Shown here in pieces: positions 8,229 to 17,685 of a stretch of DNA of 45,401 nucleotides. Numbering within the stretch: position 1 is the first letter of the stretch; each line of letters begins with the position of its first letter. The notes under the pieces were generated by a model. That model saw only the letters and a list, made by a program, of their open reading frames with translations. It had not been told where the DNA came from and did no database searches. A program made the position numbers and the translations under genes. The stretch comes from a virus. Lineage: Duplodnaviria > Caudoviricetes. The stretch covers positions 1-45,401 of the IMG/VR virus record IMGVR_UViG_3300025518_000031, one strand, 5' to 3'.

Positions 8229-10612
8229 AAATAGCGGTTGGCAACAGCCGCATGGATAAGAGGTGGAGAAATAAGGACATCACCTGGGATGACTTCAAAA
8301 ACACCGTCCGCGTTACGAAGCGCACCACCGAAACGGTATCGGAGTTCCGCAAGATGAGCCGCGCCCGGCAGGATGCCATTAAAGACGTGGGCGGCTTTGT
8401 AGGCGGCGCCCTGCGCGAGGGCAAGCGCAGGAACGGCTATGTCCTCTGCCGCTCCCTTCTCACCCTCGACATGGATTACGCCAAGCCCGGCGTCTGGGAG
8501 CAGATTGAGTCACTCCATGACTGGGCCTGCTGCGCCTACTCCACTCATAAGCACACGCCGGAATCACCGCGGCTCCGGCTCATTATCCCCCTTTCACGGG
8601 AGGTGAGCGAGGACGAATACCCGGCACTGGGGCGCATGGTGGCCAAAGAAATCGGCATTGAGCTGTTCGACGACACCACCTATGAGGCATCCCGGCTAAT
8701 GTACTGGCCGTCCACGCCGTCTGACGGCGAGTTTCTGTTCTACGAAAAGGACGGCCAACCGCTAGCCCCGGATGCCTACCTTTCCAAATACGCCGACTGG
8801 CGGGATACATCCATGTGGCCGGTATCCTCCCGGCAATCGGAGGTTGTGCGGCGGCAGATCACTAAACAAGCGGACCCCCTTGCCAAGGACGGCGTGGTGG
8901 GCGCTTTCTGCCGGGCCTATTCCATCGAAGAGGCAATAGAAGCGTTTCTAACCGATGTGTACGAACCAAGCGCGCTGAACGGCCGTTACGATTATATCCC
9001 CGCCGACTCCTCCGCAGGCCTTGTGATCTATGACGGCAGGTTCGCCTACAGCCACCACGCCACCGACCCGGCCTGCGGGAAGCTTTTAAACTCCTTTGAC
9101 CTGGTGCGGGTTCACCGTTTCCGTGACCTTGACGATAAGGCAGCCGAGGGCACCCCGCCCGGCAAGTTGCCATCCTTCAAAGCGATGACGGAGCTTGCCG
9201 CTAAAGATGAGCGGGTCAAAACCTTACTTGCCGAAGAACGTTACGCAAGAGCGGCAAGCGAGTTTCATGTTAGTGGTAGCGCGGACTGGGAGAGCAAGCT
9301 TGATGTAGAGCCGCGAACCAATATCGTCAGAAACACCATCCGCAATCTCACGTTGATATTGGAAAATGACCCGCTCCTCAAAAACATCGTGTTCAACCAG
9401 CTATCTGACGGCATGGAGATCAAGGGGGAAGTCCCGTGGAAGCACCCCTCTCGCTTCTGGCGCGATGCTGACGACGCGCAGCTGATTACCTACATTGACT
9501 TGCGCTATGGCACGTTTTCGGCACGCAATTATGAGGTGGCGGTAGCCAAAGTTACAGATGACCGTTCCTACCACCCTATCCGCGATTTTATTGACGCCCT
9601 ACCGGAATGGGACGGGATCCCCCGTGTGGACACTCTGCTGGTGGATTGTCTCGGCGCTAGCGACAACGTCTACGTCCGCGCGGTGACGAGAAAAACGCTC
9701 TGCGCGGCCATCGCCCGTGTCCTCTCGCCCGGCATTAAGTTTGACTCCATGCTGGTGTTAAACGGCCCGCAAGGTGTGGGCAAAAGCACCCTCATCGCCA
9801 AGCTTGCCGGTGAATGGTTCTCTGACAGTTTGTCGTTAAGCGACACTAAGGACAAAACCGCAGCCGAGAAGCTGCAGGGCTATTGGTTACTGGAGATTGG
9901 CGAGCTTGCCGGATTAAAGAAAGCCGAAGTAGAAACCCTGCGCAGCTTCTTGTCCCGGCAAAACGACATTTATCGTGCCAGCTTCGGCAGACGGGCTACG
10001 CCACACCTACGGCAATGCGTTTTCTTCGGCACCACCAACGCCGAAAAAGGGTATCTGCGCGACACTACCGGCAACCGCCGCTTCTGGCCCGTGAAAACGC
10101 CAGGCGGCGGTAAGCGGCAGTCGTGGCAGCTCACACAGGACGAGGTCCTGCAGATATGGGCGGAAGCGCTCAAATACGTCAAGGACGGGGAAAAGCTGTA
10201 TCTTGATATCGCCCTTGAGAAACTGGCCAAAAATGAGCAGCGGGAAGCGATGGAGTCCGACGAGCGCGAGGGGCTGGTGCGCGATTACCTTGATATGCTC
10301 CTGCCGGAAGATTGGGACACCATGGATTTATACGAACGCCGGGCTTATATAAACGGCACGGAGTTTGGCAACAGCCACAAAGTTGGCGTTCATAAACGCA
10401 CTTCGGTCTCTAACATGGAGATATGGTGTGAGTGCTTCGGTAAAGACCGCGCCAACTGCAAACGTATGGACAGTAACGAAATCTCGGCGATTATGGCTGG
10501 GATCGGCGGCTGGGTTGTTTCACCGAAAAAGGAACGCATCCCGCTGTATGGCCCGCAGTGGGTATATGTTCCAACGACTGTTCCCAGAGCGCAATCCTTG
10601 GAACAAAAATGA
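8225..10612 (+). CDS. Primase-helicase, virulence-associated E (VirE) family
   Basis: N-terminal primase-like LDMD, STHKHT.PRLR; Walker A GPQGVGKST; FFGTTN, DTTGNRRFWPV. Confidence 0.9.
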   Translation: MKIAVGNSRMDKRWRNKDITWDDFKNTVRVTKRTTETVSEFRKMSRARQDAIKDVGGFVGGALREGKRRNGYVLCRSLLTLDMDYAKPGVWEQIESLHDWACCAYSTHKHTPESPRLRLIIPLSREVSEDEYPALGRMVAKEIGIELFDDTTYEASRLMYWPSTPSDGEFLFYEKDGQPLAPDAYLSKYADWRDTSMWPVSSRQSEVVRRQITKQADPLAKDGVVGAFCRAYSIEEAIEAFLTDVYEPSALNGRYDYIPADSSAGLVIYDGRFAYSHHATDPACGKLLNSFDLVRVHRFRDLDDKAAEGTPPGKLPSFKAMTELAAKDERVKTLLAEERYARAASEFHVSGSADWESKLDVEPRTNIVRNTIRNLTLILENDPLLKNIVFNQLSDGMEIKGEVPWKHPSRFWRDADDAQLITYIDLRYGTFSARNYEVAVAKVTDDRSYHPIRDFIDALPEWDGIPRVDTLLVDCLGASDNVYVRAVTRKTLCAAIARVLSPGIKFDSMLVLNGPQGVGKSTLIAKLAGEWFSDSLSLSDTKDKTAAEKLQGYWLLEIGELAGLKKAEVETLRSFLSRQNDIYRASFGRRATPHLRQCVFFGTTNAEKGYLRDTTGNRRFWPVKTPGGGKRQSWQLTQDEVLQIWAEALKYVKDGEKLYLDIALEKLAKNEQREAMESDEREGLVRDYLDMLLPEDWDTMDLYERRAYINGTEFGNSHKVGVHKRTSVSNMEIWCECFGKDRANCKRMDSNEISAIMAGIGGWVVSPKKERIPLYGPQWVYVPTTVPRAQSLEQK

Positions 10613-10830
10613 AGTTGGGAACAAAAAAGCCTGTTCCGATGTTCCAAACTCCGCTTCTCGGAACACTTCATGGGAACAGGCGGCAGCCCTTTATAGATGC
10701 GCTGTTTAACACCATGTGTTCCATTGTTCCAATTACTTCTATTAAATATAAAACAGTAAATAAAAGCAGATATAGAACACGCAACCACGCATATACGCGC
10801 GTATAGAGATTTTTTGGATTTTGGGAACGC
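10567..10830. repeat. Putative phage replication origin: ten TGTTCC/GGAACA hexamers in alternating pairs plus AT-rich tract
   Basis: TGTTCC 10567, 10579, 10632, 10640, 10717, 10725; GGAACA 10600, 10618, 10660, 10673; AT-rich 10731-10775; palindrome TATACGCGCGTATA near 10792-10805. Confidence 0.68.
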
Positions 10831-10848
10831 AGGTATCCGGAGGTACTC

Positions 10849-11142
10849 GTGAGAGAAAAACACATAGAGCAAAAACTGATCCGAGCTGTCCGTGCTGCAG
10901 GCGGTCTTGCTATTAAGCTTATGTCGCCCGGTTTCGATGGTATGCCAGACCGCCTTGTGCTTCTACCCGGCGGCAGGATGGCTTTCGTTGAGGTTAAAGC
11001 GCATGGAATGAAACCCCGGCCCTTGCAGCTAAAGCGGCATGAGATGCTCAGGCGGCTTGGGTTTAAGGTTTACGTCATTGACGATGAGGGGCAGATACAG
11101 CCGGTACTGTCGGAAATTATGGGAGGGGGTGATGCCCGATGA
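10849..11142 (+). CDS. VRR-NUC nuclease
   Basis: REKHIEQKL, GMPDRLVL, FVEVKA, RPLQ motifs. Confidence 0.9.
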   Translation: MREKHIEQKLIRAVRAAGGLAIKLMSPGFDGMPDRLVLLPGGRMAFVEVKAHGMKPRPLQLKRHEMLRRLGFKVYVIDDEGQIQPVLSEIMGGGDAR

Positions 11143-12484
11143 AGTTCATACCGCACGAATATCAGCAATTCGCCATTGACTATCTTCTTGATAGGCCCGT
11201 GGCGGGGATATTTCTGGATATGGGCTTGGGTTGAGTAAAACCGTGATTGCACTTTCTGCCATCTTCGACCTTACGCTGGATAGTTTTCAAATCCGCAAGG
11301 TTCTGGTTATCAGCCCATTAAGAGTGGCACGGGACCTGTGGCCAGCCGAGATTGAGAAGTGGGATCACCTGCATGGGTTGACGTACACGGTAGCAATCGG
11401 CAGTGAACGAGAGCGTAAAGCGGCTCTCATCCAGCGGGCGCAGGTCTACATCATCAACCGGGAAAACGTGGACTGGCTGGTTAACAGGAGCGGCCTACCC
11501 TTCGACTACGATATGGTGGTGGTCGATGAGCTGTCATCTTTCAAGGCGTACAGCTCCAAGCGGTTCAGGGCGCTGCGGAAAGTCCGGCCCGGTGTTAAGA
11601 GGATAGTGGGTTTGACGGGGACGCCTTCATCCAATGGCCTGATGGATTTATGGGCGGAGATCGGCATCCTTGACATGGGCCAGCGCTTGGGGCGCTTTAT
11701 CGGCAACTACCGCAGTGCCTTCTTTATCCCCGACAAGCGCAACGCCCAGGTGGTGTTTTCCTACAAGCCGAAGCCCGGCGCGGAGGAAGCCATCTACCGC
11801 CTTATTTCCGATATCACCATCAGCATGAAGAACACCGACTACTTGAAACTGCCGGAACTGGTGATGAACGAGGTTCCCGTGAAGATGTCGCCCATTGAGG
11901 ATAAACACTACCAGACTATGAAAAAAGAAATGGTGCTGTCCCTTAAGGATAAAGAGATTGACGCCGTTAACGCAGCAGCTTTGAGCAGCAAGCTGCTGCA
12001 GATGGCTAATGGTGCCGTCTACGATGGGAACGGCGGTGTTGCCCGCCTTCACGACCGCAAGCTGGACGCGCTGGAAGATCTGATTGAGGCGGCAAACGGC
12101 AAGCCCGTTTTAATCGCCTACTGGTTCAAGCACGACCTGGCGCGGATACTGGAGCGGTTCCCCGCAGAAAAGCTGGACAGCGCCGACTCCATCAAGCGAT
12201 GGAATGACGGCGAAATCCCTATCGCTGTTATTCACCCCGCTTCCGCCGGGCATGGGCTGAACCTGCAGGCCGGCGGCTCTACCCTCGTGTGGTTCGGGCT
12301 TACCTGGAGCCTGGAGCTCTACCAGCAGACAGGCGCCCGGCTCTGGCGGCAGGGGCAGAAAGACACGGTGGTTATCCACCATATCATCGCCAAGGGGACG
12401 ATTGACGAACAGGTCATGGCCGCCCTCAAGCGAAAGGACAAAACCCAGACCGCCCTGATCGAGGCGGTCAAGGCAAATTTGTAG
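11139..12484 (+). pseudogene. SNF2/DEAD-like helicase interrupted by a 5-nt insertion in Walker A
   Basis: Coupled ATG 11139 reads MKFIPHEYQ...LDMGLG then TGA 11232-11234; KT continues in another frame at 11237; downstream DELS, LTGTP, GHGLNLQ, QTGARLWRQGQ motifs present. Confidence 0.75.
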
Positions 12485-12553
12485 TAAATCAACGACAACT
12501 AAAGACAAAAGCTGCCAATCCGAGGGAAACAAAACCGAATCGGAGGTAGGCTT

Positions 12554-12769
12554 ATGAGCGAATATACAACAGAACGTATCAGATGCGCGTCTTGCCGGTT
12601 TGCGTGTCCCGACGAATCGGCTAGCAGCAGGGCATGGACGGCTTTCCAGTGCGGCAACGATAAAAGCGAGTATCACAGGTGCCTGCTAAACATCACGCCA
12701 AACGGCGACAAACAGTCGCGGATATCTTGGACAGGGTGTGAACTCGGGGAAAGGAGGCGGAGTTTATGA
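12554..12769 (+). CDS. Small Cys-rich hypothetical protein
   Basis: RBS GGAGG; CASC...C...C...C...C; overlaps next gene. Confidence 0.7.
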   Translation: MSEYTTERIRCASCRFACPDESASSRAWTAFQCGNDKSEYHRCLLNITPNGDKQSRISWTGCELGERRRSL

Positions 12770-13194
12770 CGGTTAAGGAGTACTTGGCACAGACCCGGCG
12801 GATAAACCGCCTTATAGACGCAAAATTAGAGCAGGTACGGGTACTTCGGGAGCTCGCCGCCAAAGCCACCTCCACTCTCTCGCCGACACCGCCGAGTGAG
12901 ACGCGCAATGTCCACCGCATGGAGGAGATCATCGCCAAAATGCTGGATCTGGAGAATGAAATAAACTTAGACATCGACAGGCTCGTCGACTTGAAGCGGG
13001 ACATTGCGAATGCTATCCGTTCTTTGAATAGCCCAGATTACAGGGTACTCCTGGAACTACGCTATCTCTGCTTCAAAACATGGGATGAAATCGCGGCGGA
13101 TTTTCATTGCAGCGTGCGCCACGTTCACCGAATACACGACGAAGCGTTAGCCGCCTGCTCGGAGCGAGTAAAAGATGTCACTATAATCTGTTGA
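12766..13194 (+). CDS. ArpU/RinA-like late transcriptional activator (DUF1492-like)
   Basis: MTVKEYLAQ, LLELRYLCFKTWDEIA...SVRHVHRIHDEAL HTH; last gene before the packaging module. Confidence 0.85.
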   Translation: MTVKEYLAQTRRINRLIDAKLEQVRVLRELAAKATSTLSPTPPSETRNVHRMEEIIAKMLDLENEINLDIDRLVDLKRDIANAIRSLNSPDYRVLLELRYLCFKTWDEIAADFHCSVRHVHRIHDEALAACSERVKDVTIIC

Positions 13195-13226
13195 ATGTCA
13201 CAGCAAAAGTTTGATAGCATTAGAAT
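13175..13226 (+). promoter_or_regulatory. Putative late promoter / activator-binding direct repeats ATGTCAC x2
   Basis: ATGTCAC at 13175 and 13195 (20-bp spacing) at the activator's 3' end, followed by -10-like TGATAGCAT/TAGAAT. Confidence 0.55.
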
Positions 13227-13329
13227 AGCGAAACGTAGCTTCCAAGTATACAAGCAATCTTTTTTGGAGGACACTTTGAAAATACCATAAACTATAACCC
13301 CTTGCATTAAATGGTAATATCATACTCCA

Positions 13330-13358
13330 TTGACAATCATTGTATTTCGTGATAAGCT
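13330..13358 (+). promoter_or_regulatory. SigA-type promoter of the Gre-like moron
   Basis: TTGACA-N17-TAAGCT with TG extension. Confidence 0.6.
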
Positions 13359-13449
13359 TCCCTTAACTGGGTGTTTCGCCTATTGGCGAAGCTCCCTTGC
13401 CTTTTATATGGGGGCTTGCCATTTAATGGGTATCAACGGAGGGGTTAAT

Positions 13450-13902
13450 TTGGCTAAGGTTAAACTATCGAAAACTACATTTGAAAATCTGGTTAAACAC
13501 TTGGTGGAAATCGAGGAGGGGAAGAAAAAGCTTCTTGAGGAATACTACCCGGAACAGTCAAAGGAACGTAATGAAATAGAGATGCTTGTGGAAGATTATA
13601 TCAAACGTGTTGAACAACTTATTATAAATGCAAGTAAGGCGCAAACCACAGACAACAAAATTCCCTTTGTTACCATAGGTAGCGAAGTGGAAATACAAGA
13701 TTTATTCGACCAAGAAATCTTTGATTACCGCATAGTGAGTCCCTTCCGCAGCAGTGTAAGTGCAGGAGATATTTCATACTTATCGCCGGTTGGCAAGGCA
13801 TTGTTGTTAAAAAAAGTCGGTGATGAAATAGAAGTTAAAGCACCGGGAGGATTATTCCGCTACAAGATTAAATCTATTCAATTGCATGGGGATTGTGTTT
13901 GA
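13450..13902 (+). CDS. GreA/GreB-family (Rnk-like) RNA polymerase secondary-channel factor, moron
   Basis: C-terminal VTIGSEVEI...YRIVSP...ISYLSPVGKALL.KKVGDEIEVKAPGG; RBS GGAGGGG then TTG 13450; AT-rich. Confidence 0.85.
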   Translation: MAKVKLSKTTFENLVKHLVEIEEGKKKLLEEYYPEQSKERNEIEMLVEDYIKRVEQLIINASKAQTTDNKIPFVTIGSEVEIQDLFDQEIFDYRIVSPFRSSVSAGDISYLSPVGKALLLKKVGDEIEVKAPGGLFRYKIKSIQLHGDCV

Positions 13903-13941
13903 CAAAATTAACGTACTTGATACTCGGTTAGCAAAATATCT

Positions 13942-13980
13942 GAGAGGGCGCTCGTCACACGGTGGGCGCCCTTTCACTTT
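13942..13980 (+). terminator. Hairpin / probable intrinsic terminator after the Gre-like gene
   Basis: GAGAGGGCGCTC pairs with GGGCGCCCTTTC, followed by ACTTT. Confidence 0.5.
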
Positions 13981-14000
13981 GCCAAAAATGAGGTGAAGTG

Positions 14001-14357
14001 ATGCCCTACAAACCCAAGCGGCCTTGCTCACATCCCGGCTGCCCCAAGCTGACAGACGGCCGGTTCTGCGCGGAACACGCCAAAGAGGAAGCAAAACGAT
14101 ACGAACGCTACCAGCGTGACCCGGCGACGCGCAAGCTCTATGGCCGGACGTGGCGGAAGGTGCGTGACCGCTACCGCGCGGCGCATCCGCTTTGCGAACG
14201 CTGCTTAGAGCGGGGACGGGTAACGCCAACGCAGGAAGTCCACCACATCAAGCCGCTGGCGCAAGGCGGCACCAACGACGACGATAACCTCGCGGCTTTG
14301 TGTACTTCCTGCCACTCGGAGCTCACCGCGCGCGAAGGCGGACGCTGGGGTCGGTAG
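14001..14357 (+). CDS. Terminase-associated HNH endonuclease
   Basis: PLCERC, EVHHIKPL.QGG, NLAALCTSCHS; directly upstream of terS. Confidence 0.92.
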   Translation: MPYKPKRPCSHPGCPKLTDGRFCAEHAKEEAKRYERYQRDPATRKLYGRTWRKVRDRYRAAHPLCERCLERGRVTPTQEVHHIKPLAQGGTNDDDNLAALCTSCHSELTAREGGRWGR

Positions 14358-14472
14358 GGGCGGTCAAAATCTCTGCAACCCTCGCCCCGGGCAACGGGCG
14401 GCGGGTCACGCGCGAAAAAATCACGGTTCAAACAGGGGATTAAGCCCCGCCGCGGCAAGGAGGTGAGGGCGC

Positions 14473-15054
14473 GTGGCAAAAGACGGAACAAACAGGGGCG
14501 GCCGTCGCGTGCGCGCCGGCGACAAGCCGCAGCCCCTCGCGGAGAAAATCACGGCGGGCAAAGCCGCTCGCGTTTTGGAACCCCCTAAGCTGCCTCCTGA
14601 GCCGCTGCTTGAAGCGGGCGAACTGGGCGGCACGGCGGATTTATTCGGCGAGGATATGCCCGCCCCAAGCGACTACCTCAGCGCGAGGCAGCGAGACGGA
14701 AAACCGCTCGGCGCGGACGCGCTGTTCATTGAGACGTGGAAATGGCTAAAAGATCGCGGCTGTGAGAAATTCGTCAACCCGCGGCTGATTGAAGCCTACG
14801 CCCAGGCGTTCACGCGCTACATTCAGTGCGAGGAGGCCATCAGCACCTACGGGCTTTTGGGCAAGCACCCGACTACCGGCGGCGCGATAGCCAGCCCGTT
14901 CGTGCAGATGAGCCAGTCGTTCCAGAAGCAGGCGAATCTCCTCTGGTACGAGATTTTCGACATCGTCAAGCAAAACTGCACCACGGCTTTTGTCGGCAAT
15001 CCGCAGGACGACGTGATGGAGAGGCTGCTCTCCGCCAGGAGGGGCGACAGATGA
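14473..15054 (+). CDS. terS: Terminase small subunit (P27-like)
   Basis: MAKDGTNRGGRR.RAG.K, HPTTG..IASPFV; position after HNH. Confidence 0.82.
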   Translation: MAKDGTNRGGRRVRAGDKPQPLAEKITAGKAARVLEPPKLPPEPLLEAGELGGTADLFGEDMPAPSDYLSARQRDGKPLGADALFIETWKWLKDRGCEKFVNPRLIEAYAQAFTRYIQCEEAISTYGLLGKHPTTGGAIASPFVQMSQSFQKQANLLWYEIFDIVKQNCTTAFVGNPQDDVMERLLSARRGDR

Positions 15055-16349
15055 AGATAGAAAAAATCAAGGCGGAGCTTTTAAGGCCCGCCCGGTACAA
15101 CCCGCGCAAAGACTTAAAACCCGGCGATAAGGAGTATCAAAAGCTCCGCCGCTCCATCGAGGAGTTCGGCTATGTGGAGCCGGTAATCTTTAATCGCCGG
15201 ACCGGCAATGTGGTGGGCGGCCACCAGCGCCTGAAGGTGCTGCTCGATTTGGGCCACAGCGAGATCGACTGCGTGGTGGTAGAGCTTGATCCGCAGAAAG
15301 AAAAGGCGCTCAACCTCGCCCTCAACAAGATTCAGGGCGAATGGGACGAAACCAAGCTGGCGGAGTTGATGGCGGAGCTTGACGCGGGCGCCTTCGACGT
15401 CTCCCTCACCGGCTTTGACGCCGCGGAGGTCGACGAGCTGCTCAACCGCTGGCACGCCAAGGAAGCGGTGCAGGACGATTTCGATGTGGATAAGGAAAAG
15501 GAACGCATCGAAGGCGATGGCGCGATCACAAGGCCGGGGGACATCTGGCTTTTGGGCAGACACCGCCTGCTGTGCGGCGATTCCACCAGCGCGGCTGATT
15601 TCGCCAAGCTCATGGACGGCGGCCGCGCCCAGGCCGCTATCACCTCGCCGCCCTACGGCGTGGGCAAGGAATATGAAAAGGCGGGCATCGAGCCGTGGTT
15701 TCAGACCATCCGGCCGGTGATTAAGAACCTGTGCAGGTACGCGGAGATCGTCTGCTGGAACTTAGGCGACCTATACGCCACCGGCTCCCAGTTCATCGAG
15801 CCGACCAGCGTCTATTCCGTGAACATGTTTGCCGAAAACGGCTATCGCCCGATCTGGATCCGCGTCTGGAAAAAGCAAGGGATGAATTTTGGCGTCGGCC
15901 CTTATCACCTCGTTTCCAACAAGCCGGTGCAGCAGTACGAGTATATTTCGGCCTTCAGCAATAACGGCGAAGCCGAGGAGTACAACGACCAGGAATATCT
16001 GTGGCTCTCGGCCTTCGCCGGGCACAGCTATAGATTTGTAAAACGGCTGACTAAAGACGAGCGCAAGAAATGGGGCTACGCGGGTATCTGGGAGATGACC
16101 ACGGTGCGCGCCAACAAGGAGCATCCGGCCATGTTCCCGGTGGAGCTGCCCTGGCGCTGCATCAAGATGCACAGCGACCGGGGCGGCATTGTTTTGGAGC
16201 CCTTTTCCGGCAGCGGTACCACCATTATCGCGGCGGAGCAGACCGAGCGCCGCTGCTGCGCCATGGAGCTATCGCCCGTTTACTGCGACTTGGCGGTCAA
16301 ACGCTGGGAAACTTTCACCGGCGCAAAAGCGCTCAGACTGGAGGGATAA
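15051..16349 (+). CDS. ParB-like domain + beta-class N4C/N6A DNA methyltransferase
   Basis: YNPRK, VGGHQRL; HRLLCGDS, TSPPY, HPAMFPVEL, EPFSGSGT; ATG 15051 overlaps the terS stop. Confidence 0.88.
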   Translation: MKIEKIKAELLRPARYNPRKDLKPGDKEYQKLRRSIEEFGYVEPVIFNRRTGNVVGGHQRLKVLLDLGHSEIDCVVVELDPQKEKALNLALNKIQGEWDETKLAELMAELDAGAFDVSLTGFDAAEVDELLNRWHAKEAVQDDFDVDKEKERIEGDGAITRPGDIWLLGRHRLLCGDSTSAADFAKLMDGGRAQAAITSPPYGVGKEYEKAGIEPWFQTIRPVIKNLCRYAEIVCWNLGDLYATGSQFIEPTSVYSVNMFAENGYRPIWIRVWKKQGMNFGVGPYHLVSNKPVQQYEYISAFSNNGEAEEYNDQEYLWLSAFAGHSYRFVKRLTKDERKKWGYAGIWEMTTVRANKEHPAMFPVELPWRCIKMHSDRGGIVLEPFSGSGTTIIAAEQTERRCCAMELSPVYCDLAVKRWETFTGAKALRLEG

Positions 16350-16352
16350 GGC

Positions 16353-17597
16353 TTGGAGATACAAAAAATCCCCGTCACAAAAATTAAGGCGGCAAAATAC
16401 AACCCCCGCAAAGACTTAAAGCCAGGCGACGCGGAATACGAGAAGCTCCGCCGCTCCGTGGCGGAGTTTGGCTATGTGGAACCTGTCGTCTGGAACAAGA
16501 CCACGGGCAACGTGGTAGGCGGACACCAGCGGCTAAAAATACTGCTGGCGGACGGCGCTGCCGCCATCGACTGCGTGGTAGTGGAACTGGACGCCGCAAA
16601 GGAAAAGGCGCTCAACCTCGCCCTCAACAAGATTCAGGGCGACTGGGACCAGGAGAAACTGGCGCTGGTCATTGCCGACCTGCAGGGCGCGGACTTTGAT
16701 CTTTCTCTTACCGGCTTTGACCCCGCCGAAATCGACGCGCTGTTCAAGGACACCATTGCGGACGGCGTAAAAGACGACGATTTCGACGTGGAGAGCGAGC
16801 TGCGGAAACCCGCGGTGACGAAGCCGGGCGACCTATGGCTTTTAGACAGGCACCGCCTTGTCTGCGGCGATTCCACCCGCGCCGAAACCTTCGCCCTGCT
16901 CATGGACGGCAAGGCGGCAAATCTGGTGGTCACCGACCCTCCATATAATGTAAATTATGAAGGCGCGGCGGGCAAGATCAAAAACGACCACATGGCGGAT
17001 GAAGCCTTCTATCGCTTTCTGCTGGATGCTTTTACCCTCACCGAAAAGGCGATGGCCAAAGACGCGAGCATCTATGTCTTCCACGCCGACACTGAAGGGC
17101 TGAACTTCCGTAAGGCCTTTGCCGACGCCGGTTTCTACCTCTCCGGCGCATGCATCTGGAAGAAGCAGTCGCTGGTGCTGGGTCGTTCGCCATACCACTG
17201 GCAGCACGAACCGATCCTCTTTGGCTGGAAGAAAACCGGCAAGCACGCCTGGTACTCCGACCGCAAACAGTCGACCATCTGGGAGTTTGATAAGCCCAAG
17301 AAGAACGCCGACCACCCCACGATGAAGCCGGTGCCGCTTTTGGCCTACCCAATACTCAACTCCAGCCTGACGGGCTGTATTGTGCTCGACCCCTTCGGTG
17401 GGAGCGGCTCCACCCTCATCGCTTGCGAGCAGACGGACAGGGTTTGTTACACGGTGGAGCTGGACGAAAAGTTCTGCGACGTGATCGTCAAAAGGTACAT
17501 CGAGCAGGTGGGCGGCGCGGAGAATATATTCCTTATCCGGAACGGCATGAAGGCAGCTTTTGGCGATGTGGAGCAGCCGCAATCCGAAGCACAATAA
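16353..17597 (+). CDS. ParB-like domain + beta-class N6A/N4C DNA methyltransferase
   Basis: YNPRK, VGGHQRL; TDPPYNV, HPTMKPV, DPFGGSGST. Confidence 0.9.
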   Translation: MEIQKIPVTKIKAAKYNPRKDLKPGDAEYEKLRRSVAEFGYVEPVVWNKTTGNVVGGHQRLKILLADGAAAIDCVVVELDAAKEKALNLALNKIQGDWDQEKLALVIADLQGADFDLSLTGFDPAEIDALFKDTIADGVKDDDFDVESELRKPAVTKPGDLWLLDRHRLVCGDSTRAETFALLMDGKAANLVVTDPPYNVNYEGAAGKIKNDHMADEAFYRFLLDAFTLTEKAMAKDASIYVFHADTEGLNFRKAFADAGFYLSGACIWKKQSLVLGRSPYHWQHEPILFGWKKTGKHAWYSDRKQSTIWEFDKPKKNADHPTMKPVPLLAYPILNSSLTGCIVLDPFGGSGSTLIACEQTDRVCYTVELDEKFCDVIVKRYIEQVGGAENIFLIRNGMKAAFGDVEQPQSEAQ

Positions 17598-17621
17598 TTC
17601 CCTCATTTTTCGCATAAATAC

Positions 17622-17654
17622 CTTGCTATTCCACAGCTTCAGAGTGATATATGT
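17622..17654 (+). promoter_or_regulatory. Repeated promoter-like motif CTTGmTATT-N10-AGAGyGA..TATGT, copy A
   Basis: Near-identical to 18615-18647 and similar to 42070-42101. Confidence 0.65.
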
Positions 17655-17685
17655 AGTCACCAAGAAGCTAAGGAGGCTTATGAAA

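Noticed and set aside
10558-10872. ORFs overlapping the repeat region after virE
   Set aside because: No motifs or convincing RBS; the region is better explained as an origin
14350-14440. Possible cos site between HNH and terS
   Set aside because: Position is plausible for HNH-terminase phages, but no specific cohesive-end sequence can be supported without virion-end data
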